The notes under the pieces were generated by a model, which was given only the letters and a program-made list of their open reading frames with translations, ran no database searches and was not told the origin of the DNA. From the NCBI GenBank assembly GCA_030704615.1, contig JAKLZA010000214.1:1-7000 (forward strand): 7,000 nucleotides of DNA, read 5' to 3'. The stretch is from Takakia lepidozioides (lineage: Eukaryota > Plantae > Bryophyta). Within the stretch, counting starts at the first letter, position 1; every line of letters begins with the position of its first letter. Shown one piece after another: positions 1-7,000 of the stretch. The position numbers were made by a program, and so were the translations under genes.

Positions 1-253
1 TATCGGTTTCCTTCACTCATCCATTCAATCCACAGCTTCACTCAGATCTCTCTACACAGTGTGATTGTATCGTATAAGTATCAGATTATGATTTATCAGG
101 TATCAGGCCGAAGCCATTGTGTCTCTAATCTGCTCTACAATATCACTACAGCTTTGCATATAACAAGCATCTACTAATCCTCTTTCCTCTTCACCGTGCT
201 CTCCATCTTTGCTTCCGATCTCCGCTCCAGCCTGACTAAGAAGTCCTCCTCCG

Positions 254-284
254 AATAATGATCCCCCCTTCCCCCCCCTTTATC
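254..284 (-). promoter_or_regulatory. Candidate LTR core promoter: TATA-like GATAAA, G-rich spacer and TCATT initiator-like site
   Basis: The minus strand reads GATAAA(284-279)-GGGGGGGGAAGGGGGG-ATCATTATT. The A of TCA is 25 nt from the start of the TATA-like box, and the site is downstream of the U3 array. Motif match and position only. Confidence 0.4.
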
Positions 285-406
285 TTCCTATCCGCGTTCT
301 AACCGTTTCCTCACTAACCGTCGTCTGTGAACTAACATGTTCCCTTCGCAGGTGTTGTTCCCCACAGTCGTTCCCTGTCCTCTCTTCGTTCCCTATGATC
401 GTGACA

Positions 407-576
407 GCTGTGTCAAGCTGTGACTGGCTGTGTGAAACTGTGACGGGCTGTGACTGGCTGTGTCTGTGTCGGGCTGTGACGCTGTGTCGGCTGTGTCCTG
501 TGACGACTGTGTTGGCTGTGTGTGTGACGACTGTGGGCTGTGTTGGCTGTGACTGTGACGGCTGTGACGACTGTGT
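407..576. repeat. Degenerate CTGTG/CACAG tandem array in LTR U3 (~19 cores)
   Basis: CTGTG occurs at 408, 418, 428, 438, 448 and 458 (exact 10-bp spacing), then at irregular, mostly 6-10 bp spacing up to 571. Confidence 0.9.
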
Positions 577-700
577 AACCCCCCTCTACAGTGCGCTGCT
601 GTCACCCCTAAGGCTCCTGTTGGTCTCAGTCTGTGCAAAATTTAAGGGTACCCTACAGATCCCGTATAAGTGTCTAAGTCCCGACAGTCCTCTAACATTA

Positions 701-718
701 CCCCTTCCCCCTCAAAAA
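701..718 (-). other. Polypurine tract (plus-strand primer) with upstream U-tract
   Basis: The minus strand reads TTTTT-GAGGGGGAAGGGG-TAA-TGTTAG: a U-tract, a 13-nt purine run, a 3-nt spacer and then TG. Confidence 0.88.
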
Positions 719-734
719 GCCGTGTCCTCACGGT

Positions 735-3700
735 TTACTGTTTCCGAGTAGCAAACCTTTGTGAGTGAGCACCTTGTTGACGTTGAGAGTTTCGTGGCGG
801 ACTGTGTGTACGAGCCCGAGGTCTGTCTCTGGTTGACGGAGATGGTTGATCACTACCTGGATAAGTGAGGCCCTCTGGAGGCTGATATCGAGGTAACCTT
901 TCCGGCATAGGAGACCCCCGTTTCTTCTCTGCCATCTGAATTGCATAGTCTTCTCCCATGTCAAAAGAATTCTGTGAAGAAACAGTTGTATCAGAATCCT
1001 CATCGCCTCTCAGGTGTTTTAATTTTCGAACTTTTGTGGAATCATCTGGGGCATACAATGCTGTCCTACCATGTCTGGAAGTTTGTTTTACAAACTTGGT
1101 GTAACCGCTGAAGCAAAATTGGTGTAGACACTGAGCTCCTTGTCTGTCCAGGTGAGTGGGGTACCAATTACTGGTGCAGCGTGCAAGTACTTCCATGCCA
1201 CATGTCCCTTATAGAAAATGTCATCAATGCCGAATTTCTGTGTTGACAAATGGTTGCAGGCTGCTTGAAACCATGAACGAATTTGAGAATCCTTTTGCAT
1301 CATAACTTTTGGGTCATATAGGTACATATGAGGTGGCACCGAAGGTAATACCCAATGATCTCCACTGGAATAACTTTGAAAGCGTGTTTGCATCTTTTGT
1401 TGCTCAATGTGGTAACGTACCAGAAAACAAGCAGCGTAGTATAGCCCGCACCCCATGACAATACTTGCTATCTCCTTGGTCTTGGTATAAATGAGTCCAT
1501 GTACAACCTGGAAAGCAACCAATTCCCTCAACATGGTACCTGCCTCGTGCCAGTCCGTCGATTTGTTGGAAGAACTTTAGTCCTAGTTGCCACTGCAGCA
1601 AATGGTAGTTTGTGCGAATGACTGGGACTAAATTCTTTCCAAGCCAAATCCAACATGATTGGAAGGTTTGCCCTGCTGTACTCCCTTGCAGCTGGAGTTT
1701 TAGGTGGGTTAAAAGCGGCATTGCCCCATACCTCCGGCTGGTGGCTGTGGTGTGGTTGTAGTAACCACAGGTTCAGCTACTGGTACAGTGACTTGTTGTG
1801 GTGGTGGTGGTACTGGCTCTTGTATCATTGGCATCTCCTGCACCTCCTGTGAAGACTGAAAAGCCAAAGTTCTGGCTTGTAAATAAGAAGCCATTAGCTG
1901 TTCCTGAGGGATATAGACTCTTTGGTCGATGTTTGAAGTGAGGTCTTCCTTGAGTCTGGAGTCCGTCTACATCCTCTTGTAACTCTGCTATCCTACTATA
2001 GACATTGTCTATAGTAGTTGTGGCAATGTTCTGCACCTGCAGCCTGAGCTCATTCATCTCGCTTTGGGTGAGCTTCCGTGGGGCTTTGCCCTCTACTGGC
2101 CCTTGTGCTAACCAGACCTGCATAAGGCTGTTATCCACCAAGTGCTTGTGGTTCCCCTGAGAGTTTGCTCCTCTCTTAGCTTGTACAATTCCAACTGCTG
2201 TTGTAAAGCCTCCATGCGCTTCGCCTGAGGTTCAACCAATTGCGCATAAGCAGCAAGATTATTGGCTTCCTTCCAAGCCTTGTTACTGACCGCGATTTCA
2301 TTTCGGCCATGATGGTTTGTTGCAACTCCACGATGTGTTTTCTCTTGATCAGCTTCATCTGCCTGTATTGCTTGAAAGTATCTTCATTGCGACAGATTGT
2401 ATTCTTCATATCGACAATGAGCTTCATTTGCTCAACATTCTCTTCTTCTGCCTTCGTACATTTTTCCGCTTGACTGTTTATTTCTTTTGTAGATTGGTCA
2501 AGCATAGTTGTAAATGTAGCACATTGTATCGCCATCCTGTTATGCACTGTCTGCAACTCCGTATGTAGTGCATTCAGTTCTTGCAACTTGCTTTCATGCT
2601 GCACCTGCATTTGGTATAGCTGTTGCTTATGTGCTTCGTGCAACTGGTCTTGCGCGAGGCCTGCCTCAATCAATTGTTGCTGGCCAATTGCAAAGCCATT
2701 TCTGTATTTCCCAAGTCCTGCTTCATCTTGAGAGTGACCTTCATCGACCTTGTTTGCACACTCAGTGGCAAGTCGAGCCTCAAACTCCTTCCTGAGTTCC
2801 TCTTTCAAGGCTGTCAATTGGGTAATTGGAACATGGGATTTGACATAAGTCCCCAACAAATTAAGTGTCCTGCCTATGGAACTCATCAGCATTGCCTGTT
2901 GAGGGTCATCATGGTGAGGTTGCTGCTGTTTCCTCCTGATCTTCAACAGTATGATGTCTCACTAACCATTCAGGCCATTGTCCCACCGGATTTTCTTCCT
3001 GAACTACTTCATCTATCACCGTGCTACAGTGTCATGACCTTCCGCCTGTGGTACCTCCGACACAGGTGTGTGTATTATATGCACCTCAGGATTTCCCTTG
3101 GGCAACTGTTGCACCTCTGGGATTTCTGTCTCCTTGACCAGACCAGAATATTCATAGAGAAGGTCCCCTTTCTATTTCTGCCACTATCTGTTCTGTAGTT
3201 GGAATATCTATCCCTTCACTTTCCAAATCAATTATTTGGGTTGAGCTGCATGGATAACTTGTGACCTTGTGACAAGTCGTTCAAGTGGCTGTGATGGTTG
3301 TGATGCAGAAGTAACTTCCTCCTCCCTCTCTGAAGGTCCTGCTTCCAGTAATAGCATTCTCTGTAGCTGCTGTGCCCTTCCTGGCCATGAGCTTGGGAAA
3401 CATTATCATGCGGAATCCGTGAAGCCAGTGGATCCGCCACTACAGTCTTTCCCCGTCTCTGCCTCTTAGTCTCGGGTTGCCCTGCTAGTCCACCCTCACT
3501 ATGTGAAGAGCCTTGCTCTTCCATTGCAGTTGTTTCTGGCTCAAACACTCCCATTTCCTTTCTTTCTTGCGCATTAAGTATGCCAGAATCAAGGATTATT
3601 TGAGCAATGATTGGGCCAGACACTATTATAGGAGACTTTTGCGGTAGTACCTTGTAATCTTTTCATCTCCTCTACAGTGCGTTGTACATTATGTCCGCCC

Positions 3701-4198
3701 ATTGTACCTCTCGTCCCTTCAGGCCTTTGAGTATTTCCTCCGTGAAGGATCTGCTCAAATATTGTTGGTTCTGTTTCATGGCAATCAGAACGTTCAATAC
3801 CTGGCCTACTCTTTTAACCCTGGGTACACAGCCTTGGTACAAGCATAACCCTGAGTTTTAAAGAAACTCCCTTCTTGGAATAAGTCCTCTATTTGCAGTC
3901 TTTGCCCTGTGTTCCTCCACATGCACCTGACCTGCTGGCAATCGAAACAATTGCTGGAGGTATAGGGGAGTAATCATTAATTCAACTCCCTTCACCGTTG
4001 TTGTTCCTGTCCTTGGCTCAAAGTTCTGCAAAAATTGTAACATGTACTGTCTATGTGTAGTGTCCAATCTAGGCTTTGCAATCCTTGCAATCTCAGCTCC
4101 TCCAGTATCTGTATCGCCTGTGGGGTAGCAATCGTTTGTTTCTGCAGAATTGTGGTGCTCTTCACCCTGATTTCCTCCATTCCTCTCACTCTCTTCAT
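735..4198 (-). pseudogene. Large accessory ORF in the env position (~1,150 aa when re-threaded), broken by roughly 15 frameshifts; function unknown
   Basis: The minus-strand ORF fragments 3992-4321, 3858-4067, 3228-3623, 2176-2946, 1773-2141, 1709-1894, 1404-1721, 1088-1534 and 735-1196 overlap or can be bridged by 1-2 nt frame switches into continuous protein-like text. The likely ATG is at 4198 (MKRVRGMEEIRV). The TAA at 735-737 lies about 22 nt before the PPT. Exact junctions are manual estimates. Confidence 0.72.
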
Positions 4199-4571
4199 TT
4201 TAGACTCACAGAACTGTTTTGGCTGTAACAACTGCAGGAATGCCTGTAGTGCACAAAGCATAAACGTATGGTTGTCGCAGAAAGCTATGGGTAATTTCTT
4301 GTAAGCCTGCGGGGCTTGCAAGCATCGCTCAAGAGAAAAGCTCCGCTCTATCTTTCGTGTCTATGCCACTGCGTAAGTAATATTGCGAGCGTATAGTCTG
4401 TTAGTTCCTCCATAGTTTCCAAGTTATAGCATTGATGGTCTGTCCTGTCGAGACCCTGTTACTCAGAACGACGCCGCCTCTTGCGCTCAATTTCCCTCCA
4501 TTTTCTTGATCCTTTCTCTGGTTTTCTATTGGCTGTATCCGCTGTGACTGGATTTTAGATTTTATCTTCTT

Positions 4572-4602
4572 TAGTGGACTTTCCCTGTTGGATAGTCCAC
4601 TA
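4572..4602. other. Inverted repeat / stem-loop in the spacer between pol and the accessory ORF
   Basis: TAGTGGACT (4572-4580) and AGTCCACTA (4594-4602) are perfect complements. The stem extends inward by TCC/GGA after one mismatch, leaving a 5-nt loop. Confidence 0.6.
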
Positions 4603-4888
4603 GGATCACACATGTGACAAGAATTCGGCTTTTCTGTACTTGCCGTTCGTTCCGTTTCCCTTTTTCCGTACTCATTAATGGGCCCGCCTTTCATCCCTTT
4701 TGACGGCCGTTCTTGTCCTCTTTCTTTTTGACACCCGTCCTTGCACTTCATTCTCGGCTGTGTGTCGCGCCCTGACCTCCACGTGTCTATTTTTAAAGTA
4801 ATTTCCGTTTCTTCTTCCTTCAGCCATTTTCCTGAAGTTATTATGTGTCCACTTGTCACTGATTCTATGGATCGTGTAATTTTAGTAG

Positions 4889-5160
4889 GCTGTGTTGAGC
4901 TGTGACAGGCTGTGTCATACTGTGTTACGTTGTGATAGGCTGTGATGCACTGTGGTAAGCTGTGATAGGCTGTGACACGTTGTGGTAGGTTGTGATAGGC
5001 TGTGTTGCGCCGTGCTGGGCTGTGATAGGCTGTGTTGCGCCTTGCTGGGCTGTGATAGGCTGTGTCACGTCGTGATGGGCTGTGATAGGCTGTGTCACGT
5101 CGTGATGGGCTGTGATAGGCTGTGTTGCGCCTTGATGGGCTGTGATAGGCTGTGTCACGT
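4889..5160. repeat. Tandem minisatellite: nine 30-bp units, each made of three 10-bp subunits (core CTGTG / minus-strand CACAG); encodes (QPITAHHDVT)-like repeats at the integrase C-terminus
   Basis: tgtgataggctgtg recurs at 4931, 4961, 4991, 5021, 5051, 5081, 5111 and 5141, with a variant at 4901. The array continues past the pol stop codon. Confidence 0.95.
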
Positions 5161-7000
5161 TTGTTTTGTCCACCCTGGTCATATATGTGGGCCTAGCGAC
5201 AAGTGTTCCATACTCCGTTCGTAACACTGGTGCAGCCCGTGACTGCTCTTGCGGTTCAACATGCAAATCATGCTGCAGGGGTTTGTCATGGATACCACTG
5301 TACCCCTTCAACTTATTTGCATTGACTCTTCCCAGCATTTCTTTGTTAATGGTTTGTAACATGGCGGTGTTGTTATCATACATCTTTTGTATGACATAAG
5401 GTCCTTTCCATGGTGATTTAAGCTTAGAAGCTTGAATCTTTCCTTTCTTCTGCAACCATAGAACCAAATCCCCCGTCTTAAAAGTCTTTAACTTGCCTTC
5501 ATCAAACTGTTCCTTTCGCTTCATCTGAATTCTGGTCATATTATCAGCTGCATCAGCACGTACTTCTTCCACATGGTATAATTCATGTTTCCTGACCTTG
5601 ATGGAGTCTTGCAATTCCATTCTTTTTCCCCACTCCGTTCTCATGGTAGGTAACAGGAATTCCACTGGAAGTAAGGCTTCCATACCATAAACTAATTGGA
5701 ATGGTGTATACTTAGTGGTGACTTTATATGAAGTCCTGTATGACCACAAAGCTGTCAGCAGCTTTGTATCCCAATCCGTTCTGTTTGCATTGACTATCTT
5801 AGCCAAGATAGTACATAGTATTTTGTTGGTAGCCTCTGCCTGCCCATTACCCTGTGGGTAATATGTTGTACTCTTTCTATGCACAATCATAAACTCTTTA
5901 GTCAACAACTCAATGGTCTCATTCATGAAGTGACTTCCTTGATCACTGATAAATTCTAAGGGACAGCCAAATCGTGTAAGTATGTTCTCGTACAGGAACC
6001 TTGCTGTGGACTTGGCTGTGTTGTCCCTCAAAGCTTTAGCTTCCACCCACTTTGTAGTATAATCAGTGGCTGTAATTATGTACCTGTTTCGTGTATTCTT
6101 GGATGGTGGGTTAATTGGTCCAACAAAGTCTAGTCCCCATTTCTGAAATGGTTCCGTAGGCATTGTAGGATGCAAGGCCATCCTTCCAGATCTCTGCAAA
6201 GGTCCTAGCCTCTGACATTCATCACACTTCTGACAATACTCGTGTACATCTTTGAACAAAGTAGGCCACCAGTATCCTGCGAGTAGTATCTTTCTACTGG
6301 TAGTCTCTTCTCCAAAATGACCTCCAGCCACTCCTTTATGAACTTCCGCCAAAACTTTATTTACTTCATGGTGGTACAAGCATCGTTTTAGTACTCCATC
6401 AGGTCCTAACTTATACATTCTGCTTCCTACCATAGTATAAGGTAAAGCTTTGATAGCGATTCTCTTCCTCTGCTCCTTACCATAACTAGGTGGGCACTGA
6501 CCATGAGCAAGGTAGTATCTGATTGGCCACTGCCAATCTAACCATTCATCTGCACTTCCTTGCACCTCCATTACAAAACTCGCATCAGGTAACTGATCGT
6601 CCACCCCTGTGGCGGCCTCTCCTGTTGTTAGTCGTGACAAATGATCTGCCACAAGATGCAAACGGCCAGGCTTGTAAATAACCTCGAACTCAAACTCATG
6701 CAAGATTATTAACCATCTTGCTATTCTTCCGCTTATCAGAGGTTTGTTTACCAGGTATATCAGAGCCTGGTGATCCACATAGAACATAAACTTCTTGCCC
6801 AACAGGTAATGCCTGAATTTCTTCACTGCATAGATCATTGCCAATGCTTCTCTTTCCGTTGTACTATAGTTCCTCTCAGCACTGTTCATCAACCGGCTAG
6901 CATAGTACACAGGTGAATCTATATTCCCTGTAACATTCTGGGCTAACACCGCTCCAACGCTTCTCCTGATGCATCGCAGTGAACATGGAATACTACATGC
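4925..7000 (-). CDS. pol: Pol polyprotein C-terminal part: RNase H, integrase (HHCC zinc finger, DDE core, GPY/F) and a repetitive tail; 5'-partial, frameshift near 6959
   Basis: RNase H: FHVHCDASGEA/VGAVLAQ...YYASRLMNSAERNYSTTEREALAMIYAVKKFRHYLLG...VDHQAL. Zinc finger: VHKGVAGGH...CDEC (about 6340-6215). Catalytic residues: WGLDFVGP (D 6128-6130), ISDQG (D 5942-5944), QAEATN (E 5834-5836), giving D-35-E spacing. WKGPY at about 5396-5410. Stop TAA at 4925-4927. The GTG at 6949 in the ORF track is not a true start. Confidence 0.96.
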   Translation of the reverse strand, partial: ACSIPCSLRCIRRSVGAVLAQNVTGNIDSPVYYASRLMNSAERNYSTTEREALAMIYAVKKFRHYLLGKKFMFYVDHQALIYLVNKPLISGRIARWLIILHEFEFEVIYKPGRLHLVADHLSRLTTGEAATGVDDQLPDASFVMEVQGSADEWLDWQWPIRYYLAHGQCPPSYGKEQRKRIAIKALPYTMVGSRMYKLGPDGVLKRCLYHHEVNKVLAEVHKGVAGGHFGEETTSRKILLAGYWWPTLFKDVHEYCQKCDECQRLGPLQRSGRMALHPTMPTEPFQKWGLDFVGPINPPSKNTRNRYIITATDYTTKWVEAKALRDNTAKSTARFLYENILTRFGCPLEFISDQGSHFMNETIELLTKEFMIVHRKSTTYYPQGNGQAEATNKILCTILAKIVNANRTDWDTKLLTALWSYRTSYKVTTKYTPFQLVYGMEALLPVEFLLPTMRTEWGKRMELQDSIKVRKHELYHVEEVRADAADNMTRIQMKRKEQFDEGKLKTFKTGDLVLWLQKKGKIQASKLKSPWKGPYVIQKMYDNNTAMLQTINKEMLGRVNANKLKGYSGIHDKPLQHDLHVEPQEQSRAAPVLRTEYGTLVARPTYMTRVDKTNVTQPITAHQGATQPITAHHDVTQPITAHHDVTQPITAQQGATQPITAQHGATQPITTYHNVSQPITAYHSASQPITT

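Larger units (their letters stand above)
1..697 (-). repeat. 3' LTR (begins TGTTAGAGG at 697; distal end outside the window)
   Basis: TG lies 3 nt after the PPT and the region is non-coding with an enhancer-like repeat array. I found no matching terminal CTAACA on the minus strand within the window. The second LTR copy is not available for confirmation. Confidence 0.8.
1..7000 (-). mobile_element. Ty3/Gypsy LTR retrotransposon, 3' half (non-chromovirus, Athila-like plant lineage) with an extra ORF between pol and the 3' LTR; truncated by both window edges
   Basis: RNase H precedes integrase (Gypsy order). A GPY/F motif is present, there is no chromodomain, and no second (archaeal-type) RNase H lies between RH and IN. 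The linker reads ...VADHLSRL. A PPT at 701-713 is followed by TG at 697. Confidence 0.93.

Noticed and set aside
55-61. CACAGTG, identical to the RAG/Transib RSS heptamer
   Set aside because: It is a single 7-mer with no nonamer at 12/23 spacing and is expected by chance in CACAG-rich DNA.
67-106. Three TATCAG copies (79, 94, 101) in the LTR
   Set aside because: The repeat is real but short, and no function can be supported from sequence alone.
263-281. Alternative PPT / LTR boundary
   Set aside because: No TG follows it within a few nt. The tract at 701-713 has a U-tract, a following TG and lies right after the ORF stop.
645-654. Palindrome AGGGTACCCT
   Set aside because: A 10-bp palindrome is expected several times by chance in 7 kb.
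393-751. ORFs 393-638 (-) and 395-751 (+)
   Set aside because: They are low-complexity translations of the CTGTG array inside the LTR.
1655-4304. Plus-strand ORFs such as 2623-3198, 2240-2473, 2317-2568 and 4053-4304
   Set aside because: They are antisense shadows of the minus-strand accessory coding region and have no recognisable motifs.
4401-4859. 152-aa minus-strand ORF in the spacer
   Set aside because: It has a non-ATG start, K/R/E/G-rich composition that follows from purine skew, and no domain-like pattern. It cannot be fully excluded.
4889-5160. CRISPR-like array
   Set aside because: The units are contiguous tandem copies with no unique spacers, and the context is a eukaryotic retroelement without cas genes.
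4925-5390. Chromodomain at the integrase C-terminus
   Set aside because: No aromatic-cage or chromodomain pattern follows GPY/F; the tail is a linker plus repeats.
4982-5399. Plus-strand ORFs 4982-5224 and 5142-5399 (Cys-rich GCDRLC repeats)
   Set aside because: They are antisense readings of the minisatellite and pol, not a metallothionein-like gene.

Overview
The whole window is the 3' part of one Ty3/Gypsy LTR retrotransposon on the minus strand. It is a plant non-chromovirus, Athila-like type; a non-seed-plant host is my inference. In element order it contains: the RNase H - integrase - GPY/F end of pol (7000->4925, with a 1-nt frameshift near 6959); a 30-bp/10-bp tandem array that is translated as the integrase tail; a ~690-nt spacer with a hairpin and possible internal promoter; a fragmented sense accessory ORF that can be re-threaded by hand into ~1,150 aa (4198->735); a U-tract plus polypurine tract (701-718); and the 3' LTR, which starts TGTTAG at 697 and runs off the window start. 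Two observations stand out. First, the giant accessory ORF has NLS-like, SIM-like and coiled-coil features. Second, homologous CACAG-core repeat arrays with 10-bp phasing and a shared unique flank lie both in LTR U3 and upstream of the accessory gene. Together they suggest, as a hypothesis only, an element-encoded regulator with cognate binding arrays.
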